In this document: piece by piece, positions 1 through 9,293 of the stretch
How positions within the stretch are numbered: the stretch's first letter is position 1
How the letters are laid out: every line of letters starts with the position of its first letter
Assembly (NCBI GenBank): GCA_965249485.1
Contig: OZ252239.1
Location: 864,001-928,000 of the forward strand
Reading direction: 5' to 3'
Length of the DNA: 64,000 nt
Source of the DNA: a bacterium
GTDB taxonomy: Bacteria; SM23-31
Program-made: the position numbers and the translations under genes
The notes under the pieces: model-generated
Database searches by the model: none
What the model saw: the letters and a program-made list of their open reading frames with translations, nothing else
What the model was told of the DNA's origin: nothing

Positions 1-71
1 CACCTGTTTGGCAGAGAAATAGAGCAATCTCCAAAAAGGCAAAACATCTAACTTTTTATGAGGTTGACATT

Positions 72-542
72 ATGAGCAGAAATATGCGGTCTGTTGAACC
101 GAAGGATATTACTGTCAAAGAGATTTACAGTTTTTTGCTTGGCGCCGTTGCGCCGAGGCCGATTGCACTTGTTTCCACGATTTCCGAAGACGGCGTCCAT
201 AATCTTGCCCCGTTTTCATTTTTTAACGCAATGGGATCTAATCCCCCGGTTGTTTGTTTTTCTCCGTCGCGTAGAACCGGAGAGAATCCATTGAAGGATA
301 CCTACAATAATCTCGCTGCAACGAAAGAGTGTGTAGTACAGTCAATTACGGGCAATATTAAACAGGAACTTACCCCCCGTCATATTCCAGCTGTTATCAG
401 GCAGATAGATGAAGTTCCCGTCACGCTAAACGGCAAAAAAGTTGAACTAGCGGTCACGCGTATCCTTAACTGACAGGAAATAACCAATAGATCAGCCCTT
501 GCCAATCCCGAGTCATTAGAGCAGTTTCGCGGTTTGATGTAA
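72..542 (+). pseudogene. Chimeric remnant: flavin reductase-like (DIM6/NTAB) N-terminus fused to an acetoacetyl-CoA synthetase-like C-terminal tail, with an internal TGA at 471-473
   Basis: The first ~90 aa carry VAPRPIALVST..G..NLAPFSFFN..PP..KDT..N. The remainder (ELTPRHIPAVIRQIDEVPVTLNGKKVELAV) continues past the TGA as QEITNRSALANPESLEQF, typical of acetoacetyl-CoA ligase C-termini. Confidence 0.7.
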
Positions 543-888
543 CATGACTGCTAATTTTAAATATTGCTCTTCTGTGGCGCAAACGGTGTGTTCTCAGTAA
601 ACTCATTTTATAACTCCTTAATATTTTTATTTCAACGTTGTTGTAAAGTCCCTACACTTATAGAGACGGATACTAAAACAAAATGTTTCACTTTAATTTA
701 TGTTTTATAAGATTTGCTTATTCTGCGATAATCCTTAATGGAGAGGAAATAACCAACAGAACAGCCCTCGACAATCCCGAGTCATTAGAGCAGTTTCATG
801 ATTTGGTGTCACATGACTGCTAATTTTAAATATTGCTCTTTTATGCCGCAAAGCGTGTGTTATTAGTAAACTCTTTTTAACTCTCCTA
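462..888. repeat. Degenerate direct repeat of ~155 bp (copies ~462-618 and ~731-888)
   Basis: Shared blocks include AATCCCGAGTCATTAGAGCAGTTTC and ACATGACTGCTAATTTTAAATATTGCTCTT. Confidence 0.9.
663..690 (-). promoter_or_regulatory. ECF-sigma (SigW-like) promoter candidate
   Basis: Minus strand TGAAAC-N16-CGTCTC, upstream of an RBS (TAAGGAG) and ATG at 606. Confidence 0.45.
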
Positions 889-1187
889 ATTTGTTATATA
901 TTATTTCAATTTTTTTCATCAATTGTATTGTAAATATATCTACTGACAATTTTTGTGCCATATTTGTTGTGCAGGTGTGCTGAGCACAATTCCCTATCGA
1001 ATTTAACTGCAAAGTATACGTTGGCAGAACATTCAATGTATGCTAACGGACACTTTTGAAGGTGTTGGATGGACCTTTGTGTTAATTGAGAATGCTTAAT
1101 AATGAGAGTTCGTTATACACTTAAAGCGGTGAAAAAGTTTGGCAAGGTATACATTGTTGACAGTAGAACAAGTAAGATACTAAAGTA

Positions 1188-1853
1188 TTATTCACCTTCT
1201 TCATATACCGGTGGAGGTGTGAAATACGGGTGGCACTGGAAGCAGTCTTTTTTATCCTCATCTTCCACATCGGTCAATGTTTTATTAAAGCGGGGATTAA
1301 ACTGACCGTTATGGCAGACACCGCAGTCATTAAACATAAAAGGCCAATTCGTTTTATATTTACCGACAAATTCGGGATCACGGTGTGTGATTTCGCGGTG
1401 ACATTCAACACATTCGATCTTTTCGCGCTCGACATGGGTCCGATGTGCCATGATGAGTCCTTGTCCTTTAAGAGTATTGTCAGGCAGATCGTACCAACCC
1501 ATCTCATTAAAATAAAGAATCGAGTTATGGCAGCCCATACAATTTTCCGTAGAAATTGGAAGTGGTTCCTCGTGGGGACTCAATTCGTTCCCGCGTGTAA
1601 TAGCTACATAAAGGTCGTGTACTCCCATAACCTGTGCTTTGAGCGCTCCTTTGATTCCCGGTTCAATATGGCAATCAACACAGTTGATGGTTTGATGGGT
1701 TCCTTTTGCCCAGGTAATTTCCTGATCAACATGGCATGAACCGCATGCCATATTTGTTTCGGATATAGTGACAGTAGTCCCATAGAGAGCAATTAGTCCG
1801 AAAAATATAATGATATTTGTATTGGAGAAGAGTTTCTTTGCAGGAATTTTCAT
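1188..1853 (-). CDS. Membrane-anchored hexaheme cytochrome c (NapC/NirT-like N-terminus)
   Basis: N-terminal TM helix and six CxxCH motifs (CGSCH, CVDCH, CMGCH, CVECH, CGVCH, CFQCH). Confidence 0.9.
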   Translation of the reverse strand: MKIPAKKLFSNTNIIIFFGLIALYGTTVTISETNMACGSCHVDQEITWAKGTHQTINCVDCHIEPGIKGALKAQVMGVHDLYVAITRGNELSPHEEPLPISTENCMGCHNSILYFNEMGWYDLPDNTLKGQGLIMAHRTHVEREKIECVECHREITHRDPEFVGKYKTNWPFMFNDCGVCHNGQFNPRFNKTLTDVEDEDKKDCFQCHPYFTPPPVYEEGE

Positions 1854-1873
1854 GGTCTTGCTGCCCCTGTATA

Positions 1874-1912
1874 TAATTCGGGGAAAGTAGTATCAGTACC
1901 TTCCCCGAATTA
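1874..1912. other. Intergenic stem-loop (possible terminator or processing hairpin)
   Basis: TAATTCGGGGAA (1874-1885) pairs with TTCCCCGAATTA (1901-1912); no strong U tract. Confidence 0.5.
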
Positions 1913-1921
1913 ATAAAGTGT

Positions 1922-1941
1922 TTTGAGTCGACCGACTCAAA
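1922..1941. promoter_or_regulatory. Perfect 9-2-9 palindrome, operator candidate
   Basis: TTTGAGTCG-AC-CGACTCAAA between the deiodinase-like gene and the cytochrome gene. Confidence 0.45.
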
Positions 1942-1963
1942 TTAAAATACCTGAGTTACCGCT

Positions 1964-2582
1964 TTATTGAGCGTCGATCAGTTTATCAAGTTTTTTCTCC
2001 AGACCAATCGGATCGGACCACGGCTGAAAGAGCGCCGCTTTTCCTTCTCTGTCGATGAGGAGCATGCTGTTCGGAGCACCGCCTCCCAGCGTATTCTGAA
2101 GGTTGTCCTTTGCAAAGCCGTCAATGATGATCGGGCGTTTCAGGCCGTGATCCTCAACAAGAATCTTGGCATAATTGACCCGGTCATCGACAGTTTTGGT
2201 CTGTTTCCGGTCTGAGAAGTCGTAACTCCGCATCTTCTCTCCGGCATGAGGCTCCTGTGTGTAAACCGTATAGAACTCGACGTCTTTATCCTTAGTATTT
2301 TTCGTACAGTGCATCCATATCAGGTATTTTCCCTAAGTAGGGCGGTCAAGTACAAGCTCCCATCTCGAGAACGAGGATTTTTCCCCGTTTGTCTGAAAGC
2401 TTGAAATTACCACCGTCATACGTTATGCGCTCAAAATCTCCGATAACAGAACCGATATCTGGTCCTTTCCAGAAACTCCAGTCGGCTTGCATCCGCTGCC
2501 GCCTGTTTTGCGCTGACCCCATATCAAAGACGGTCATAATCCATACTGCACACAAGAAGCCAATAATGAGCAGTCTTCTCAT
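1964..2582 (-). CDS. Secreted iodothyronine-deiodinase-like thioredoxin-fold selenoprotein (Sec codon 2348-2346; one extra base at ~2294 shifts the frame)
   Basis: AGGAGG RBS and signal peptide. ILVLEMGACT-TGA-PPYLGKIPDMDALYEKY is in frame; removing one base gives KDKDVEFYTVYTQEPH...GGAPNSMLLIDREGK. This matches the deiodinase motifs GSCTUPPF and VYIEEAH. About 205 aa when repaired. Confidence 0.8.
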
Positions 2583-2870
2583 ATCTGGCCTCCTGATTAC
2601 AAGTTAGTGAGCTGTCATTAGTGAACAAAAATAATAATTATTGTAATAATTACAAACATTTTTTATATATAATAGTATCCCGAAAAACTTTTTTTGATGA
2701 AAACTGTATTCCGATTGTATTACATATTCGCACTATGCACTACTACATTTATACGAATCAATTTATTTAATAACTGAAAAATATATATTTGATTGCTAAT
2801 TGTTTCTTCATTATAATAATGCATTCCAACCATTCTGTTAATACACAATCCTCGCATATAAGGAACGAAA

Positions 2871-4661
2871 ATGAAGATGCGCCTATCGCATAGCTGCTCG
2901 AACAGCATCAAGTCAGAAGAGCAGTCGTCTTTAAGGTACACAGTTTTTGTACAGTCATTAAACATTGTAATGATACTCGTATTGTTTCTGTCTCTGAATG
3001 TATCGAATGTTCAAGCTTATACTCCATGTGAGAAAAAGAGCCAAATGCAGTTTGTGTCAAGAAAATTAGCGGTGCTGCCACTTGAAAACCGGGGGATGCA
3101 GTCGGACGACTATTTAGCCACCGGCATAACATATGAATTAATCGATCTGTTGTCATATGTAGGCAGTCTGCAGATTATCGGTAGAACAAGCTCATCCCAT
3201 TTTCAGGGACAAAACCGATCGTTGGCCGATGCAAAATCGAAACTTGGTGCAGATTATCTTGTTTTAGGAAATGTGAAGCGTGGTTTGGGTGGTTCCATAA
3301 CGGTAGAGTGGCAGCTGATAGAAACAGCCAGGAGTATTCCGCTTGTAACCACACGGTTTACTGAAGATGCGGGAGAGGTATTTACACTTTTGGCCAGAAT
3401 GGTTGAAAGAGTTGCAGACGAATTATCAATTGATTTGTCTAACGCGGAACAGGCGGCAATAAGGGAAATCCCAACCCAAAGCAGTAAAGCATTTGATTTT
3501 TATCTGAAAGGGATGCACGCACTTGAAATGGGAGAAAGCGAACAAGCAATCGGAACAGCGCTCTTGAATTTTAAAACTGCGTCTGAACTCGATCCCAATT
3601 TTGTGAAAATTCAGGGCACCGTATCTGTACTGATGGCACAGGAGTACTATAATGGTGATGGATGGTTCGATGCATTTCTCGAATCAGAGGAAGCATTAAG
3701 GCAGGCTATGGAGAGTGCACCTTTACATGTTTCCACGCAAATTGCAAAAGGGTATAATTACTATTACGGCTACAGCAATTTCGATGATGCAATTGACCTG
3801 TTTCATGAGGTGCTGACAGTCAAACCGAGCAGTCCCGCACTCCTGATTGATCTTGGCGACATTCTCCGAAGACAGGGTAAATGGGATGAGGCACTGCAAT
3901 CCTATCACTTGGCAGAAAATCTTGACCCGCTCAATGACCGGCTCTTCGGTTTAGGTCTCGGTCAGACAGCGCTTCTCATGCGTAGATATCAGGATGCAGA
4001 ACAGTATTATTCCAGAGCTATCGAACTTGCGCCTGAGAATCCTGAATACTATCGGCAAAAGGCACGACTCTATCTGAACTGGGAAGGATCGACAGAAAAA
4101 GCCCGCAATGTTGTAAATGATGCACTCCAGCACATGGAGCAAGACGAACTTGCCTTTATCGCTGCGAAAATCGAAATGATCGAAAAAAAATACGGGAGAG
4201 CATTGCAATTACTTGAGACGATGGAAGGTTCATCCGGGTATTTTCTCGAAAGTGCGCTGATATATAGCTTGATGGGTGATAAAGAACGGGCAGAAGAATT
4301 GTATGATGCTGCACGGATCGGTCTCTGGCCTATGCTTCAAACTTTCCCGGCCGAACCCGATTATCATGCACTGATCGGCATCACCTACGCAGGCATGGGA
4401 CTCGCCGATAAAGCGCGTGGCGAAGCAGATCAGGCGCATGAACTCCTTTCTGTGGAAGACGATGCCTACCAAGGTGCGGTAAATCTTGAAAATTGTGCTG
4501 TCATTTACACAATTGCGGGGGATGATGATTCGGCGCTTGATTTATTGGAAGAACTACTCGCAATCCCATCATGGATTTCAGATCAGCTCTTGCAAACCGA
4601 TCCGCTCTGGGCACCGTTGAGAGACAATGTACGCTTCAAAACACTTATAGCTCAAAATTAG
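2871..4661 (+). CDS. TolB-N-like domain plus TPR repeat protein (probable start 2970, signal-peptide-like N-terminus)
   Basis: LAVLPLEN...DYLATGIT..LI..LS....L.IIGRTSS motif, TPRs, and C-terminal DPLWAPLR..RF. Confidence 0.8.
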   Translation: MKMRLSHSCSNSIKSEEQSSLRYTVFVQSLNIVMILVLFLSLNVSNVQAYTPCEKKSQMQFVSRKLAVLPLENRGMQSDDYLATGITYELIDLLSYVGSLQIIGRTSSSHFQGQNRSLADAKSKLGADYLVLGNVKRGLGGSITVEWQLIETARSIPLVTTRFTEDAGEVFTLLARMVERVADELSIDLSNAEQAAIREIPTQSSKAFDFYLKGMHALEMGESEQAIGTALLNFKTASELDPNFVKIQGTVSVLMAQEYYNGDGWFDAFLESEEALRQAMESAPLHVSTQIAKGYNYYYGYSNFDDAIDLFHEVLTVKPSSPALLIDLGDILRRQGKWDEALQSYHLAENLDPLNDRLFGLGLGQTALLMRRYQDAEQYYSRAIELAPENPEYYRQKARLYLNWEGSTEKARNVVNDALQHMEQDELAFIAAKIEMIEKKYGRALQLLETMEGSSGYFLESALIYSLMGDKERAEELYDAARIGLWPMLQTFPAEPDYHALIGITYAGMGLADKARGEADQAHELLSVEDDAYQGAVNLENCAVIYTIAGDDDSALDLLEELLAIPSWISDQLLQTDPLWAPLRDNVRFKTLIAQN

Positions 4662-4803
4662 ATGAGCTAATTTTTGAAACAACAATAGTTACAGTGATAC
4701 TATTAGTTTCTCAGATTATAAGAGATATGTAATCTCTGGACTGACATCTCCACATTACATACATATAAATGGAAATATTCTCCACTTGATATAAGGAGGG
4801 AAA

Positions 4804-6282
4804 ATGGTTCAAATGAGCAGACGTCGTGCACATTCGATCCTCAACATAATGTTCATAGGTTTGGGCATTCTTTTAACCTGCCTCAACCTTTTCGGGCAGG
4901 ACCCGTATGAGCAGGTGTCATCTACTGACAAACTGATCATACAGTATCCAACAGTTTATGCAATAACAAACGCCCGGATTGTTATCGGGACCGGGCAGAT
5001 GATCAGAAACGGTTCACTAGTACTCAAAGATGGCCTCATCGAATCGGTCGGGTCATCTATCTATGTTCCTGCCGAAGCAGAGGTGATCAATGCTGACGGA
5101 ATGACGGTCTATCCGGGATTTATCGATGTGCATACTGCTCTGGGATTTCATCCTCCCGAAAAAAGAGGCAGCGAATCAAATCAGGAAAGTCAGCAGGAAG
5201 ATAGTGACGCCTATCAACCAAAATCCGTGCAGTATGACAGAAATCTCAGACCTGATAAGACTGCACTGGCAGATATTGACTTTAACGACAGATTTTTAAA
5301 AGCTGCCCGTGAGTCTGGTATCACAACTGTGCTTTCGGTGAACCATCAGGGTATCTTTCCGGGAAAAGGTTCTGTAATCACAACTTTCTCCGATGAACCG
5401 ATCCTAAGTCTCATAAAGCCTTCATCCTATCAGTTTATTCAGTACTCCGCCCTCCGCGGAGGCTACCCGAACACACCCATGGGGGTCATAGCATTTCAGC
5501 GACAGACTCTCACCGATGCGTCCTATTATGCCGGGCTTGTAGATCGGTTCGACCGGAACGGCACGGGAATGCGTAGTCCTGTATTTGATCCGGTTTTGAG
5601 CAGCTTGTTTCCTGTTGTACAGGGTGATGAAACGATCATAATTCCCGTCAACACGGAAAATGAGATCAAAAAAGCGGTGCAGATTGCACAGAATTTCAAT
5701 CTGAATGTTATTTTAAGCGGTGTTGTTGAAGGTTATCGGGTTGTCAATTTGCTGAAACAGGCTAATGTTCAGGTCATTGTAAGCGTGAATTTTCCCGACC
5801 CGAAGAACGTAACAGGATATTCGTTCACAATGCCCATAAAACCATTTGAGGAACCACCGCCGCCCGATGAGGAAAAAAAGAATGATGACGACCCACCGCT
5901 CAAAGAGCTCAATGACCGGATAAAAGCACAATTGCACAGCAATGCTGCTGCGCTTAATCGTGCCGATATTTCATTCGTCCTTTCCGCTGGCGGGGCATTT
6001 GAAGATTCAATATCTGTTTATGAAAAATTTTTAACAAATGTCCGTCGTGCCATCGATGCCGGTTTGCCGGAAAGTAGTGCTCTTGCGGCAATGACCATAG
6101 GGCCTGCTGAGATGCTCGGTCTTGACAATACACTTGGAACTGTGGAATCAGGCAAAATGGCAAATCTGGTGATTACCGATGGTGATTTATTTGATGAAGA
6201 TTCGAAAATCCGCTATGTGTTCATCGAGGGTAAAATTATTGATTTGAGTCCCGACAGTTCGCAATCGGTGGAAAAAAATTAA
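4804..6282 (+). CDS. Secreted amidohydrolase-family protein 1 (HxH degenerate)
   Basis: AITNARIV, VYPGFIDVHTALG, GTVESGKMANLVI. Confidence 0.85.
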   Translation: MVQMSRRRAHSILNIMFIGLGILLTCLNLFGQDPYEQVSSTDKLIIQYPTVYAITNARIVIGTGQMIRNGSLVLKDGLIESVGSSIYVPAEAEVINADGMTVYPGFIDVHTALGFHPPEKRGSESNQESQQEDSDAYQPKSVQYDRNLRPDKTALADIDFNDRFLKAARESGITTVLSVNHQGIFPGKGSVITTFSDEPILSLIKPSSYQFIQYSALRGGYPNTPMGVIAFQRQTLTDASYYAGLVDRFDRNGTGMRSPVFDPVLSSLFPVVQGDETIIIPVNTENEIKKAVQIAQNFNLNVILSGVVEGYRVVNLLKQANVQVIVSVNFPDPKNVTGYSFTMPIKPFEEPPPPDEEKKNDDDPPLKELNDRIKAQLHSNAAALNRADISFVLSAGGAFEDSISVYEKFLTNVRRAIDAGLPESSALAAMTIGPAEMLGLDNTLGTVESGKMANLVITDGDLFDEDSKIRYVFIEGKIIDLSPDSSQSVEKN

Positions 6283-6294
6283 CAGGAGATTCGC

Positions 6295-7641
6295 ATGCAA
6301 ATGAGAAATCAGTCTCTACTATTAATAGCTGCTGTTGTATGCATTCTTTGTGCTGGCTTAGTTCCTGATGCGTACAGTCAAGGCGACTTATATATAAACA
6401 ATGCCACTATTATTACCGGTACCGGAGAAACTATAGTCAACGGTTCGATCCTCATCCGTTCAGGTAAAATCGCCCGGATCGGCACTGGTTTCAGTGTCCC
6501 GGCAGGAATTCGGGTAATAGATGCAGCAGGTCTCTATGCAATGCCGGGAATCATTGACCACCATTCCCATATTGCGGCTAACGGGCTGAATGAAGCAACG
6601 TCGCAAAATTCTGCTATGGTGGATGCGTCGGATGTCATCCAGCACGATTCATACGGTATTTATGCCTCTCTGACCGGCGGCACGACGACAATCCATGTTC
6701 TGCATGGAAGCGCAAATAATATCGGCGGCAAAGACGAAGTCCTCAAACTGAAATGGGGACAGCCGTGGGAAGCGATGGTTGTGCCGGATAAGATGGAGGG
6801 AGTCAAGTTTGCACTCGGTGAAAATCCTATCAGGAGAGAGGCCCGCTATCCCAATTCACGTATGGGGCAGGAGTTTCAGATCCGAAGTTACCTGATGCAG
6901 GGGCTCGATTACAAAGCGAAATGGGATATGTACGAATCAAAACTCGCAGGAGATCTACCGCCGACAAATGAGTATGAGCGGTTAAACGGACCGGTACCAC
7001 CAAGAAAAGACCTCCGGCTCGAAACGGTTAAAGGCGTCCTGGAAGGTACAATTCGCGTTCACAGCCACGGCTATAGCAATTCCGAATTATCCATGCTTCT
7101 ACGTTTGTTACAAGAGTTTGGTATTGCGCCACACAGTCTTGAGCATGCGCACGAAGCCTATATGCTCGCCGATGAAATTGCCGAAGCAGAGACTGTTGTA
7201 TCGATGTTTATAGATTTTTGGAATTACAAAGTTGAATCTTCACAGGGGTCATTTTTTGCGGCATCATTGCTAACCGAGCGAGGTGTAAAGGTAGCATTAA
7301 ACTCAGACGATGTTGTTTCCGCCGAGCGTGCCCGGCGGTTGAATCTTGAAGCCGCGAAATCGATGCGGTATGGCGATGCGATGACGGAAACGGAAGCAAT
7401 CAGAGCTATCACCTATAATCCCGCGTACGGATTAAAACTTCACGAAAGGATTGGAACACTCGAAATCGGCAAAGATGGTGATGTCGGTTTGTGGGACGGC
7501 TATCCCCTCTCAGTTTACAGCAAATGTGTCAAAACAATTATTGAAGGCGATGTCTATTTCGATAGAGATACTGCACTAACGACTGAGAAGTGGCTCAAGG
7601 GAGAAAAACAGGACTGGAAAGCTATGAGAGGTGGCCAATGA
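6295..7641 (+). CDS. Secreted amidohydrolase-family protein 2 (metal site intact)
   Basis: MPGIIDHHSHI, KFALGENP, HSH, LEHAHE, NSD, GTLEIGKDGD. Confidence 0.9.
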   Translation: MQMRNQSLLLIAAVVCILCAGLVPDAYSQGDLYINNATIITGTGETIVNGSILIRSGKIARIGTGFSVPAGIRVIDAAGLYAMPGIIDHHSHIAANGLNEATSQNSAMVDASDVIQHDSYGIYASLTGGTTTIHVLHGSANNIGGKDEVLKLKWGQPWEAMVVPDKMEGVKFALGENPIRREARYPNSRMGQEFQIRSYLMQGLDYKAKWDMYESKLAGDLPPTNEYERLNGPVPPRKDLRLETVKGVLEGTIRVHSHGYSNSELSMLLRLLQEFGIAPHSLEHAHEAYMLADEIAEAETVVSMFIDFWNYKVESSQGSFFAASLLTERGVKVALNSDDVVSAERARRLNLEAAKSMRYGDAMTETEAIRAITYNPAYGLKLHERIGTLEIGKDGDVGLWDGYPLSVYSKCVKTIIEGDVYFDRDTALTTEKWLKGEKQDWKAMRGGQ

Positions 7642-8963
7642 ATAAAGGATTTTGGGGATTTATCGTACTTGCAATTATGTTCAGGCTTGCCACAGCGGCA
7701 TACGGACAATATGCTGTAACAAATGCAACAATTGTTACCGTGTCGGGGGGTACTATAACAAATGGAACAATCGTGATTGAAGGAGACCGAATCGCCGCTC
7801 TTGGGACAGATATTACAATTCCACAAGGAATCGAAATGATTGATGCTTCAGGTTTGTATATCTATCCCGGAATGATCGGCACAAACACCAATCTTGGTCT
7901 TGCGGAACTGGGTGGCGTAACACAAACTCAAGACCAGCTTGAGATCGGTACCTACAATACATTTATCCGTGCATCGCAAGGTGTCAATCCGCATACAATA
8001 TTGAAAGGAATTGCCCGATGGAATGGCGTAACATCTGCAATTACCGTTCCCCGGACAGAGGAACAGGGAGTCTTTGCGGGACATGAAGTGCTTCTGAATT
8101 TAGACGGTTGGAGTGTTGATGAAATGACGGTACAGGACCCGCTAGCGATGCAGATGACGTTTCCGAACTTTATCCGGAGTTCAGATAGTAATAATGGAGA
8201 AGGCCCTCCAGGACAGCGGAGAGCCCGAGGTGACAGAAAGAATGGTCGCGATCGTGCCGAAAAAGTCCTGTCGGACGTTAAAGAATTGTTTGACAAAACA
8301 CGGCGCTATTCTCAGGCTCAAGCCGATTTTGAAGCACGAGAACGCTCGTCATATCCGGTTACCGATCTGACGTTGGAAGGATTGAAGCAGGTTGTGCAGA
8401 GAGAAATACCGTTAACGATTACCGTGAATGGTGTCGAAAACATCCGTGAAGCAATCACCTTTGTAAAAGAGACAGGAGTCCGTGCGGTTTTTGCAGGTGC
8501 ACGGGATGCCTATAAAATTGCCGGAGAAATCGCTGAAGCGGGGATTCCGATTCTCTATTCAGGACTACTCACAAGGGCCGATCAAAATAATCCTTACGAC
8601 CTCCACTTAACAGTCCCGTCGGTACTTCATGAAGCCGGAGTCACGATTGCTATGTCGATTGCAAATGCGTCTGATTTACAAAATCTTCCGTTTATAGCGG
8701 GAATGGCAGCCGCATACGGACTACCAAAGGACGTTGCTCTGAAAACAGTGACGCTCTATCCTGCTGAAATATACGGAATGGATGATAAGCTTGGAAGCCT
8801 CGAAGTGGGAAAAATGGCAAACATAGTTATTACAGATGGTGATCTGTTAGAACCTCGTACAAAGGTCATTCACGAATTTATCCGCGGGCAGAAAGTCGAC
8901 CTGTCAGATAATTACCAGTATCAGCTTTACGAAAAACACAGGAAACGCCCTGCTAAAAAATGA
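7638..8963 (+). CDS. Secreted amidohydrolase-family protein 3 (HxH absent)
   Basis: ATG at 7638 overlaps the previous stop (ATGA); signal peptide; YPGMIGTNTNLG; GSLEVGKMANIVI. Confidence 0.85.
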   Translation: MNKGFWGFIVLAIMFRLATAAYGQYAVTNATIVTVSGGTITNGTIVIEGDRIAALGTDITIPQGIEMIDASGLYIYPGMIGTNTNLGLAELGGVTQTQDQLEIGTYNTFIRASQGVNPHTILKGIARWNGVTSAITVPRTEEQGVFAGHEVLLNLDGWSVDEMTVQDPLAMQMTFPNFIRSSDSNNGEGPPGQRRARGDRKNGRDRAEKVLSDVKELFDKTRRYSQAQADFEARERSSYPVTDLTLEGLKQVVQREIPLTITVNGVENIREAITFVKETGVRAVFAGARDAYKIAGEIAEAGIPILYSGLLTRADQNNPYDLHLTVPSVLHEAGVTIAMSIANASDLQNLPFIAGMAAAYGLPKDVALKTVTLYPAEIYGMDDKLGSLEVGKMANIVITDGDLLEPRTKVIHEFIRGQKVDLSDNYQYQLYEKHRKRPAKK

Positions 8964-9022
8964 AAAGAATAATGGTTTATTGTGTATGCTCACATCAATC
9001 GGATAATTGTATAACCTCCTAA

Positions 9023-9235
9023 TTAGTCTGCTTTATTTTCGGTTTTTTTTGTTGTGAAGCACGGCATTTTCTCTAAGAAAGCAGAAAAATCAATTTTTCC
9101 TTTTTCTCCACCACAGCAGTCCGACATATTTTCGAACATATTTTGACAATCACCCATTGGAAAAGAGCCACTTTCTTCATTAGGGCAATTTTCAGATTTT
9201 TCTTTGTTCGAACCTAATATTTTTTGAAAAGTCAT
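9023..9235 (-). CDS. Small Cys-rich hypothetical protein (70 aa)
   Basis: Strong RBS AGGAGGTG; 5 Cys including CCGG; lies directly downstream of the ECF sigma gene. Confidence 0.65.
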   Translation of the reverse strand: MTFQKILGSNKEKSENCPNEESGSFPMGDCQNMFENMSDCCGGEKGKIDFSAFLEKMPCFTTKKTENKAD

Positions 9236-9261
9236 GATGTTTCACCTCCTTTCTATTCGTA

Positions 9262-9290
9262 TAGACGGAAGTGAAATAGAAAAGGATACA
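9262..9290 (-). promoter_or_regulatory. ECF-type promoter candidate for the small Cys-rich gene
   Basis: Minus strand TGTATC-N17-CGTCTA immediately after the sigma stop codon. Confidence 0.45.
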
Positions 9291-9293
9291 CTT

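Noticed and set aside
471..473. In-frame TGA as a third selenocysteine
   Set aside because: The aligned codon in the second repeat copy is GGA (Gly) and there is no redox motif, so it is a nonsense mutation.
2346..2348. TGA reassigned to Trp or Gly (code 4 or 25)
   Set aside because: Many genes end in TGA at their expected C-terminus, and both read-through TGAs fall at catalytic Cys positions, which fits Sec.
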